A DNA stretch of 64,000 bases from an uncultured Marinilabiliaceae bacterium (GTDB lineage: Bacteria; Bacteroidota; Bacteroidia; Bacteroidales; VadinHA17): contig CALOFK010000001.1 in assembly GCA_942492595.1 (NCBI GenBank), forward strand, positions 80,366 to 144,365. Direction: 5' to 3'. Shown piece by piece: positions 26,848 to 34,806 of the stretch. How positions within the stretch are numbered: position 1 is the first letter of the stretch; every line of letters starts with the position of its first letter. A model generated the notes under the pieces. The model had not been told where the DNA came from and made no database searches. It saw nothing but the letters and a program-made list of their open reading frames with translations. Both the position numbers and the translations under genes were made by a program.

Positions 26848-28293
26848 TTATCCTTTTCTTAATATATCAAAGGCCGTCATATATCCACTGAAGATGGCCC
26901 CGGAGAATCCTCCTCCAAATTTTCCCCAGGCTGATGCCAGAAAGATATTATCGGGTAGCTTTTCAAGATAGGCCAACGACTTTGATGGATTCTGTGCAAA
27001 ACCATATACTGCTCCGCCAGGATTCATTGTATACCTTTGCACCGTTCGGGAAGTCGCTACTTCCACATATTCAACGGCATCAGCAAATCCAGGGATAATG
27101 CTGTCAAGCCTTCTGGTAAAGGTATCAGCCACCTTCTTTTTGGCTTCTGCATATTCTTTTTTATTAAGATTATCCCAGTCGTCAAGGTAATCGACACAAC
27201 ATACTGCGCCTACGCTTTTACCCTGAGGAGCAAGTGCCGAGTCAAGCTGGCTATAATCAACAAAAGTAAAGCTGCGGGTGTCAAAGTCGCTATGGTTATT
27301 CTCAAGGATGCCGGCCTGTGATTTAACGCTTTCGTCGTATACAAACATTGAGTAGTACTTATTCCCAAGGTCCTTCAGAGCTTTCCTGAAACCATAATAT
27401 ACTGTTAATAAAGATGCTCCTATATTCAGATCCTTAATGGCATTTTCGAGCTCAGGCAGGGATCCTTCAGGCAGAAGCTTATTTACAAGTTGATGAAGCG
27501 AGGTATTTACAACCAGCCTGTCGGCCGTAGCGATTTCTTTGCCGATAACTCCTTTAGTCTTATTACAATAAGTAAGCGAGGCAGTGTGGTCTGTATTATA
27601 TTCAATTGCTTCGGCCAGGGTATTCAACAATACTTCTCCGCCATTTTCTTTTATTATATCGACAAGGGCATCAGATAAAAGCTGCGATCCTCCTTTAATA
27701 TAATTTGCCCTGCCGCTATAATAGCTTCCCTGGGCTGTGATATAGTAATAATATGACAGGCTATAGGGATCATCATGGAAATAGCCCAGGTTACCCAGCA
27801 GGACAAGCTTAAGTGTTTCGTCTGAAATTATTTCATCGAGCCATTTGCCAACCGTTTTATCAGGAGGTGCATCTTTTGCCCCTACAATTTTCCTTGCATT
27901 TAAAACACTCTCAAAATAAAGATCAATACCCTTTTTTTCTTCAGGAAAATATTTCAGCAGCTCTGCGGCTGCCTCTTCGGGATTATGGGGTATAACAATA
28001 TTCAGGTTTCCCTGGACAAAGCGGTAAAATTCCGGAATGCTGAGAAATTCAACACGTTCAAAAAGACCTAGATCCTTAAATATTTTTGTTTTCAGATCCC
28101 GAGGGTGAAGGCCATCCATTTCATGAAGCCCAACCTCCAGGGTATAGTCCTTTCTTTTAAAAGTTGTTGCGCACCCCCCGGGCCTGTCGTGTTGCTCAAG
28201 GAGAAGCACTTTCTTGCCTTCTTTAGCAAGCTTTGCTCCTGCTGTAAGTCCCCCCAGTCCACCTCCTATTACGATAATATCATATTTCTTCAT
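26848..28293 (-). CDS. Phytoene desaturase/retinol saturase-family FAD oxidoreductase
   Basis: VIGGGLGG...LEQHDRPGGCATTFKRK, EVATSRTVQRYTMNPGGAVYG, FGGGFSGAIFSG. Confidence 0.85.
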   Translation of the reverse strand: MKKYDIIVIGGGLGGLTAGAKLAKEGKKVLLLEQHDRPGGCATTFKRKDYTLEVGLHEMDGLHPRDLKTKIFKDLGLFERVEFLSIPEFYRFVQGNLNIVIPHNPEEAAAELLKYFPEEKKGIDLYFESVLNARKIVGAKDAPPDKTVGKWLDEIISDETLKLVLLGNLGYFHDDPYSLSYYYYITAQGSYYSGRANYIKGGSQLLSDALVDIIKENGGEVLLNTLAEAIEYNTDHTASLTYCNKTKGVIGKEIATADRLVVNTSLHQLVNKLLPEGSLPELENAIKDLNIGASLLTVYYGFRKALKDLGNKYYSMFVYDESVKSQAGILENNHSDFDTRSFTFVDYSQLDSALAPQGKSVGAVCCVDYLDDWDNLNKKEYAEAKKKVADTFTRRLDSIIPGFADAVEYVEVATSRTVQRYTMNPGGAVYGFAQNPSKSLAYLEKLPDNIFLASAWGKFGGGFSGAIFSGYMTAFDILRKG

Positions 28294-28304
28294 ACTCTTT
28301 GCTT

Positions 28305-29471
28305 TTAATCTTCTGGTATGGGATATCTCTTATATTCCTTATTTCTGTCAAAAAGATACCTGTAGCATATATAATTCTTAACCGGTTCTCCTCCAATATG
28401 CAGCCACATTTTACGCATTTTAGGATTAAAATCGCCAACCCACGAAAATTCTATTTCCTTATAATGCGACATGCTTTTCATTGAGTTATAAACATTTAGT
28501 GCCAGTCCGGATTCAACACCAAGGTTTTGAAATTTAGGTATCACCCCCATTAATACTCCACGTGCTCTGGTAATGGTTTTTTTTCTTTTCAGGTATAGAA
28601 ACTTAATCATTGAAAAGAGGTTGAGCTTTCCATCGAGGTGCTTAAGGATCATATTTACATCGGGCCACATAAGGTAGATCGCGATAGGTTTTCCCTGGTT
28701 ATAGGCCAGCCAGATAAACTCAGGCTCCAGGATCATTTTCATTTTCTTGATTGTCTTTTTTACATATGGAGCCTTCATGGGTTTAAAGTTTTCCTGGAAT
28801 GAGGCCCATGCTTCATTATACACATCAACAAAATCGTCTATAAACTGATCTATATTACTCCACTCAATATGCCTGAATTCATATTCGGGCTTTTTCAAGA
28901 TCCATTCTGCAATTTTTCTGAATCTTTCCGACAGGGGTTTATCCATACTGAGATGGAAACCCTCAGCCTTATAATATGTTTTAAACCCATAATCTTCGTA
29001 CAGTTTCTGATAATAGGGCGGGTTATAAGCTATCTCGTATGCCGGGTGTGTAAATCCACCGACCAGGAGGCCCCAGTACTTATCTCGTTCACCAAAATTT
29101 ATTGGCCCGTCCATAGCCTCCATTCCTTCTTCTTTAAGCCAATCCCTGGCTGCATCAAATAAAACAACAGAGGCATCTTTATTCTCTATACATTCAAAAA
29201 AGCCCATCCCCCCTGTTGGCTGGTCCTGCTTTTCAGAGCTTTTATAATCAATAAATGCAGCGATCCTTCCAATCAGTTTACCCTGACTGTCAAGCAAAAT
29301 CCATCTCTTCGCCTTACCATGATTAAAAAACACATTTTTGCCAGGATCAAAAATCGACTCAATCTCTTTATCAAGGGGTCTGACCCATGTGCTATCGTTT
29401 TTATAAATCTCCTTTGGAACAAGGAGAAAGAGTTTTATTTCTGTCTTTGTTGAAACTTCCTTTAAGCGCAT
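28305..29471 (-). CDS. YghO-like GNAT-fold acyltransferase (resembles the bacterial ceramide synthase family)
   Basis: GRIAAF, GMGFFECI, MDGPINF, GLLVGGF, YNPPYY, GVIPKFQNLG, EFSWVGDFNPKM. Confidence 0.7.
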   Translation of the reverse strand: MRLKEVSTKTEIKLFLLVPKEIYKNDSTWVRPLDKEIESIFDPGKNVFFNHGKAKRWILLDSQGKLIGRIAAFIDYKSSEKQDQPTGGMGFFECIENKDASVVLFDAARDWLKEEGMEAMDGPINFGERDKYWGLLVGGFTHPAYEIAYNPPYYQKLYEDYGFKTYYKAEGFHLSMDKPLSERFRKIAEWILKKPEYEFRHIEWSNIDQFIDDFVDVYNEAWASFQENFKPMKAPYVKKTIKKMKMILEPEFIWLAYNQGKPIAIYLMWPDVNMILKHLDGKLNLFSMIKFLYLKRKKTITRARGVLMGVIPKFQNLGVESGLALNVYNSMKSMSHYKEIEFSWVGDFNPKMRKMWLHIGGEPVKNYICYRYLFDRNKEYKRYPIPED

Positions 29472-29479
29472 TTACAAAA

Positions 29480-31255
29480 TTATTTTTGATAAACAGAATC
29501 CATTATCGCCCTGTACTTTTTTTCGACAGCTTTACGTTTTAACTTTAGGCTTGCCGACAGCTCTCCTGTTGCAGGAGACCATACATCGCTTACAATCTGT
29601 GTTTTCATTACTCTTTCGTGCTCCGATAACGATTTATTGATCCGTTTAAGCTCGTCGCCAAGAGCCTTTATAATAAGTTCATTTCGGGCAAGGGTCTCAT
29701 TATCGTGGGGGCCGGAAATACCCTGCTCCCTACAATAGTTTTTGAGGTAGGCAAAGTCGGGGACAATTATTGCGCTGGCAAATTTTTGGTGCTCGCCAAA
29801 AACCATTGCCTGATCGATAAAAACAGATTCTTTTAGTCTGTTTTCGAGAACCTGGGGAGCAATAAACTTACCGCTCGACAGCTTAAATATTTCTTTCTTC
29901 CTGTCGGTAACCATTAAAAACTTATCTTTTTCTATACAGCCAACATCACCGGTTTTAAACCAGCCATCCTTAGTATATGCCTCCCTGGTTAGCCTGTCGT
30001 CCTTATAATAACCCATCATCACGTTATGGCCCCTGCAAAGAATCTCTCCATCTTCGGCTATCTTCAGTTCCACGCCATCAATAAGTGCACCCACTGATCC
30101 GAGCATGCAAAGATCCTTGTTTTGCCTGTTGATTGTTATAATAGGAGATGTCTCTGTAAGTCCGTACATATTCAATATCTTCAGACCGGATGCCCAGAAT
30201 ATTCTTTCGAGACGTGGCTGAAGACTGGCTCCTCCACATCCAACTATACGTGCCTGTCCGCCAAGAGCCTCCCTCCATTTACTAAATATCATTTTATCGG
30301 CGATCCTGAGCTTTAAGTAATACCAGCTACTGTTTGTTCCAAAGGGCTGATATTTTAATCCCAGCCTGACTGCCCAGAAAAACATCTTCTTTTTTATCCC
30401 GGTAAGAGCCCTTCCTTTTGCAAGTACATTATCATATATCTTCTCCAGGATTCGTGGAACAGCATCAAAGCCGGTAGCCTTAATTTCTTTAAGGTTTATT
30501 GCAATTGTCCCCATATTTTCTGCATAATAAATTGATGCCCCTGAGTACTGGGTCTGGTAATTTCCTAGCCTGCCTCCTACATGACAGAGAGGTAGAATAC
30601 TCAGGTAACGATCGCCTGGAGAAAGGTTAAAAACCTCTGCTGCTGCCAGGAAATTCTGAACCAGGTTTTTATGACTTAGCATTACCCCTTTGGGCACTCC
30701 CGTGGTTCCTGAAGTATAGATTATCGAAGCAAGATCTTCGGTCGAAATCTCTGATTTTCGTTTTTCTGCTTCTTCCTTTATGTCTTTGTCTGCACTTTTT
30801 CCGCCAGAAACAATATCAAGCCAGCAAGAAATATTTTCTACTTTATCAAATGAATAAAGCATAAGATCATTACCGGACTGACTGCAAAGAGGTTTGAGTC
30901 GATCGCAAAATTTAGTGTCGCCAACAAATACCATTCTCGCATCTGAATGATCAATAATATATCTGTATTCATCATCCGTAAGAGAGGTATAAACCGGCAC
31001 ATGTACAAGTCCCGCCATAGCCACACCCATATCCAAAAAGTTCCATTCGGGACGGTTATGGGTAATGCTTATTATTTTATCACCCTTTTTAAGTCCAAGT
31101 TTTATAAGTCCATAACAGACCTGGTGTGAAATAAGATCATACTCCAAACCTGTATAACTAACCCACTCTCCTTTGCTTTTTGCTGAAAAGGCATTATTAT
31201 CTGGAAAGTGCTTACGAAATCTGTCGAGCAGGTCAAAGGTTCTTGATGGTATCAT
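29480..31255 (-). CDS. Long-chain fatty acid-CoA ligase (AMP-binding, FadD15-like)
   Basis: IIYTSGTTGVPKG, LSILPLCH, YGLTETSP, WFKTGDVG, DRKKEIFKLSSGK. Confidence 0.94.
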   Translation of the reverse strand: MIPSRTFDLLDRFRKHFPDNNAFSAKSKGEWVSYTGLEYDLISHQVCYGLIKLGLKKGDKIISITHNRPEWNFLDMGVAMAGLVHVPVYTSLTDDEYRYIIDHSDARMVFVGDTKFCDRLKPLCSQSGNDLMLYSFDKVENISCWLDIVSGGKSADKDIKEEAEKRKSEISTEDLASIIYTSGTTGVPKGVMLSHKNLVQNFLAAAEVFNLSPGDRYLSILPLCHVGGRLGNYQTQYSGASIYYAENMGTIAINLKEIKATGFDAVPRILEKIYDNVLAKGRALTGIKKKMFFWAVRLGLKYQPFGTNSSWYYLKLRIADKMIFSKWREALGGQARIVGCGGASLQPRLERIFWASGLKILNMYGLTETSPIITINRQNKDLCMLGSVGALIDGVELKIAEDGEILCRGHNVMMGYYKDDRLTREAYTKDGWFKTGDVGCIEKDKFLMVTDRKKEIFKLSSGKFIAPQVLENRLKESVFIDQAMVFGEHQKFASAIIVPDFAYLKNYCREQGISGPHDNETLARNELIIKALGDELKRINKSLSEHERVMKTQIVSDVWSPATGELSASLKLKRKAVEKKYRAIMDSVYQK

Positions 31256-31288
31256 ATAATCCCGGGTTGGTTGTCTACAAGATAAGTA

Positions 31289-31759
31289 TTATAGAACAAA
31301 CTGTCCGCTTGAATGGTCGCTAATAATTACCCATCTGCCGTCTATTTTTTGCCATACAAGAGTAAAATAGCCATCTACATCCTGCATCGAGCGAGAAAGA
31401 TAGAAACGACCTATCATCAATGCCGTCTTGTTATCAACCTGATAAAGATCCTTTATGGTAAATTTAAGCATACCCATTGTTTCGGTATCCGGGTATCCTT
31501 TTTTATACCTCTCAAGTGTTTGTTTAAAGCCATAAGTTGGCCCCTGAACCCCTACGAAAGCAAGTTTTTCAGATTTCCAGTATCCCTCCATAAAACCTTC
31601 CAGGTCGCCGGTATTCCATGCATCCTGTGTGGATTGCAGGGTACTGCTTATTTCTTTTCTGTCGGCTTCAGAAAGAATATAATTTTCGTCCTTTTGATCA
31701 CTATTGGTACACGAAAGCAACAATAATAACGAAGCTACTATTACAAGTCTGATTTTCAT
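31289..31759 (-). CDS. NTF2-like / DUF4440 (YybH-type) lipoprotein
   Basis: Lipobox LLLLSC, AWNTGDLEGFMEGYW, and FTLVWQKIDGRWVIISDHSS. Confidence 0.85.
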   Translation of the reverse strand: MKIRLVIVASLLLLLSCTNSDQKDENYILSEADRKEISSTLQSTQDAWNTGDLEGFMEGYWKSEKLAFVGVQGPTYGFKQTLERYKKGYPDTETMGMLKFTIKDLYQVDNKTALMIGRFYLSRSMQDVDGYFTLVWQKIDGRWVIISDHSSGQFVL

Positions 31760-31788
31760 AATGTTACAAGGGTATAATATTCAATTAA

Positions 31789-32493
31789 CTATCCGTTCTT
31801 ACCAATCTTTTTAAGAAGCTCCAGGTTTAGAATTTCGATGTTTTTCCCATTAATCTGAATTATCCCTTCGTCCCTGAAATGGGTAAGCGCTCTTGCGGTA
31901 TTTTCCCTGGACATACCTGCCAGGTCGGCTATTTCCTGCCTGGACAACAGGATATCAAATTTAGCAGTCTCAAATATTTCTTCAGAAAGATAGATCAATA
32001 CGTCTGCAAATCTGCCATACATTTTCTTATGCCCCTGGTTAATTAAGTGAAAGTCCTTACGCAGGCTTTCCCTGCTAACAAAGTTTAACACCTCCAGGGC
32101 AAAAGATCCCCTTTCCTTTAAGAAGCCTTTAAAAACCTTTATATCAATATAACATACCCTGAGATCCTGAAGGGCGGTATAGGAATAATGGTTTACCCTT
32201 GAGCCAAACAGGGATTGCAATCCCAGGTAGGATTGTTGTTTTATTATCTGCAGTATTTTTGATTTCTGTCCGGGTCCCTCAACATGTTCTTTTACAAAAC
32301 CAGTTTTTAAATAAACAATATGGGATGTCAGCGCACCCAGCTTTAATATGGTCTCACCCTTTTTTATATGTGTTTCCTGGCTGTTTGCATTCAGGAGATT
32401 AAGCTGCCCTTTGTTCAGGGTTGCTGCTGCACAGGACTTCTCATTACAAACAATACAATTAGGGTTATTCTTTCCATCAAAAATGCCAGTCAT
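31789..32493 (-). CDS. Crp/Fnr-family regulator with FNR-like cysteines
   Basis: C13-x2-C16-x4-C21 plus C114 (LRVCYI). cNMP fold and HTH LSRQEIADLAGMSRENTAR. Confidence 0.9.
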   Translation of the reverse strand: MTGIFDGKNNPNCIVCNEKSCAAATLNKGQLNLLNANSQETHIKKGETILKLGALTSHIVYLKTGFVKEHVEGPGQKSKILQIIKQQSYLGLQSLFGSRVNHYSYTALQDLRVCYIDIKVFKGFLKERGSFALEVLNFVSRESLRKDFHLINQGHKKMYGRFADVLIYLSEEIFETAKFDILLSRQEIADLAGMSRENTARALTHFRDEGIIQINGKNIEILNLELLKKIGKNG

Positions 32494-32607
32494 TTCTTAT
32501 TTAGTGTTATTTTCTTCTGTATACAAAAGTGATGAATCTTTTTTAGAAGAAATAATTTATTGCTTAATGAATTGTTTTACTAGCGGCATAATCAGCTAAA
32601 AAAGCTC

Positions 32608-33069
32608 TTATTTATCGTCCCTGATAATAATGTCAGTATCCGGGTCGGTCTCCTGTTTAGGTAGATCAATATTACTTTTTCTGAAGGAAGAAGGAACAAA
32701 AGTAAAATTCTTAACCCCAAATTTCCTGGCAAGAAGCTCAAGTCCAATCAGCGAAAAGCCTCCTCCTGGAATAATTGATATGGTAGCAAATACCGATAAT
32801 CTGCCCACGTCTTTAAGTTGAGCAATTGCCTGCTTTACCTCCTCTTCGGAGGGAGGCTCTTTCCTGTTTTTTAAATTTAATTTATTTGAAAGAAGCCTGA
32901 AAAACGACTGGGCCATTTCTTCAGTCTCCCTTGCTTCCTGGCCTACTCCTCCGAGAGTTATCTGAATTAGCTTCCTGGTTTTTTCAGCATATTTACGCGA
33001 ACGAACAGCACCAGATATTTTTCTTTGGTGGTAACGGTATTTCATCCTGTATGCAAACCTTTCAAGCAT
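32608..33069 (-). CDS. Hypothetical protein with a LETM1-like C-terminal motif
   Basis: PSEEEVKQAIAQLKDVGRL...IIPGGG...FVPSSF resembles the bacterial LETM1-like motif. This rests on recall only. Confidence 0.5.
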   Translation of the reverse strand: MLERFAYRMKYRYHQRKISGAVRSRKYAEKTRKLIQITLGGVGQEARETEEMAQSFFRLLSNKLNLKNRKEPPSEEEVKQAIAQLKDVGRLSVFATISIIPGGGFSLIGLELLARKFGVKNFTFVPSSFRKSNIDLPKQETDPDTDIIIRDDK

Positions 33070-33090
33070 AAATTTATTATCAATAAAATA

Positions 33091-33678
33091 TTAAGCCTGA
33101 ACAAGGTCACAGGCATCCGGGGGCATCCAGTGTGCATCTTTACCATCCCATTTAACGTTGCATCCAATAGGGTTAGTTACAGGCAAAGATACTTTACGCC
33201 CGGATATCAGTTCCACAATCGCCGCTCTTAGCTCAAACGATGTGGCCTGGCTGGCATCTCTCGGATTATCAACTGCCCTCCCTGTATATACCAATTGTCT
33301 TTCTTCGTTAAAAAGATAGAAGTGAGGTGTTCGCAGGGCGCCGTACTTTTTTGCAATATCCTGGGTGCTATCGTAAAGATATTTCCATGGAAATTTATGT
33401 TCTTCCATTCTCTTAAGCATATGATTAAAATCGTCTTCAGGATAGGTATTGGGACTATTTGAATTAATCCCTACAAATACCACATCATCATCTGCAAAAT
33501 CGTTTGCCAGCTCCCTTGTATTTTCATCTGATCCAATAACATAGGGACAGTGGTTACAGGTAAAAAAGATTACGAGGTATTTGCTTTTATCAAAATCACT
33601 TAATGAATATTCTTTACCATCTGTCGCTTTTAGTCTAAACTGGGGGGCTTTATCGCCGGGTTGAAGTGTAAATGCCAT
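33091..33678 (-). CDS. Thioredoxin/AhpC-TSA family protein (PRX-like)
   Basis: Start placed at ATG 33678 ([12 protein letters not shown]). Motifs [30 protein letters not shown]. Confidence 0.92.
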   Translation of the reverse strand: MAFTLQPGDKAPQFRLKATDGKEYSLSDFDKSKYLVIFFTCNHCPYVIGSDENTRELANDFADDDVVFVGINSNSPNTYPEDDFNHMLKRMEEHKFPWKYLYDSTQDIAKKYGALRTPHFYLFNEERQLVYTGRAVDNPRDASQATSFELRAAIVELISGRKVSLPVTNPIGCNVKWDGKDAHWMPPDACDLVQA

Positions 33679-33742
33679 AGCTACTGCTTTTTTAGTAAAA
33701 CAAGTTACTAAGAATATTTGTTTATAATAGAGACTCATAATC

Positions 33743-34336
33743 ATGATACAGAAAAATATGCATAGCGATCCATACGAATTATTTAAGCTCTGGTATCTGC
33801 CCCATATTACCAGGGGAGGTGAAAACTCAAATGCTGTTGTACTATCTACCTCGTCGTCTAATGGCCGGGTTTCTTCGAGAGTGGTTCTTTTAAAGCACCA
33901 CAACAGCGAAGGCTTTGTTTTTTTTACTAACTATAAGAGCACCAAGGGAAGGCAGCTGGAAGAGAATCATTCGGCATCGCTATTATTCTACTGGCCTGAA
34001 AGCAGAAGGCAGGTCAGGATCGAAGGCCTGGTAGAAAAGACCAGCGCTGCCGAGTCGGACCAATATTTTGACTCCCGCAATCACGGTCATAAAATTAATG
34101 CTATAGTAAGCGAGCAAAGCAGACCTGTTAAAAGCCTGGACCTCTATAAGCAGAAAATGGCTTCAGCCCATGAATTATATAAAAACCGTAAGCCAGAAAG
34201 ACCTCTTTCCTGGGGTGGCTTCAGGCTTATTCCAGACAGGTTTGAGTTCTGGGAAGAAGGCGAAAACAGGTTTCATCACAGGCAGGAATTTCTGTATGAA
34301 GGAGAAACCTGGGTTAAAAGAATTCTTTATCCTTAA
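33743..34336 (+). CDS. pdxH: Pyridoxamine 5'-phosphate oxidase
   Basis: [52 protein letters not shown]. Confidence 0.95.
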   Translation: MIQKNMHSDPYELFKLWYLPHITRGGENSNAVVLSTSSSNGRVSSRVVLLKHHNSEGFVFFTNYKSTKGRQLEENHSASLLFYWPESRRQVRIEGLVEKTSAAESDQYFDSRNHGHKINAIVSEQSRPVKSLDLYKQKMASAHELYKNRKPERPLSWGGFRLIPDRFEFWEEGENRFHHRQEFLYEGETWVKRILYP

Positions 34337-34740
34337 GCTTTTCTTGTTATACGGTAAAAAAAGCGCAGGGCTCCCAAAAAAAGGCCCAGGCCAATTGCAA
34401 TATCAATTGTACCAAGACATGCACGGGGCATGCTGGTAGTTCTGGCGATAATTCCTGCGGCCATCATAAACACAATTAGTATATATGTTGCCGGGGTATA
34501 TATTTTAAAGAGTGGTATTTTAGGAGCCATTTTATTAATTCTTTCGAAATTATGGTCGGCCATTTTTCTAAATACCAACCAGTATTTTAAAAGAGCAAGA
34601 AAGAGGCCTGAAGAAATAAAAACATAGCGATATTGGCCCTGATAGTCTGTAATCCATACCCTTGCAAAATTTAAAAGCATTATTCCTACCGCTATCCACA
34701 GCAGTCCTGCCAATAATAAAAGATGTTTCTTACTTAGCAC
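34333..34740 (-). CDS. Hypothetical 4-TM membrane protein
   Basis: 135 aa with four hydrophobic segments. GTG start. Confidence 0.65.
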   Translation of the reverse strand: MLSKKHLLLLAGLLWIAVGIMLLNFARVWITDYQGQYRYVFISSGLFLALLKYWLVFRKMADHNFERINKMAPKIPLFKIYTPATYILIVFMMAAGIIARTTSMPRACLGTIDIAIGLGLFLGALRFFYRITRKA

Positions 34741-34756
34741 TTCAGAAATAATTAAT

Positions 34757-34787
34757 AAAAAAAGAGGGCATCCTCTAGATACCCTCT
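34757..34787 (-). terminator. Intrinsic terminator after the M16 peptidase gene
   Basis: On -: AGAGGGTATC-TAGAG-GATGCCCTCT then a T tract (10-bp stem with one G-U pair). Confidence 0.85.
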
Positions 34788-34806
34788 CAAATATATGCTT
34801 CTTTAA

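Noticed and set aside
5159-28293. Carotenoid biosynthesis cluster
   Set aside because: The two CrtI-like genes are 20 kb apart, and no crtE, crtB, crtY or crtZ is in the window.
28552-28567. CACGTG core as a second parS (also at about 42877)
   Set aside because: The flanks do not match GTTY/RAAC, and both sites lie inside coding sequence.
33679-33903. 75-codon N-terminal extension of the thioredoxin-family ORF
   Set aside because: It overlaps pdxH on the opposite strand and is not thioredoxin-like. Homology begins at ATG 33678.
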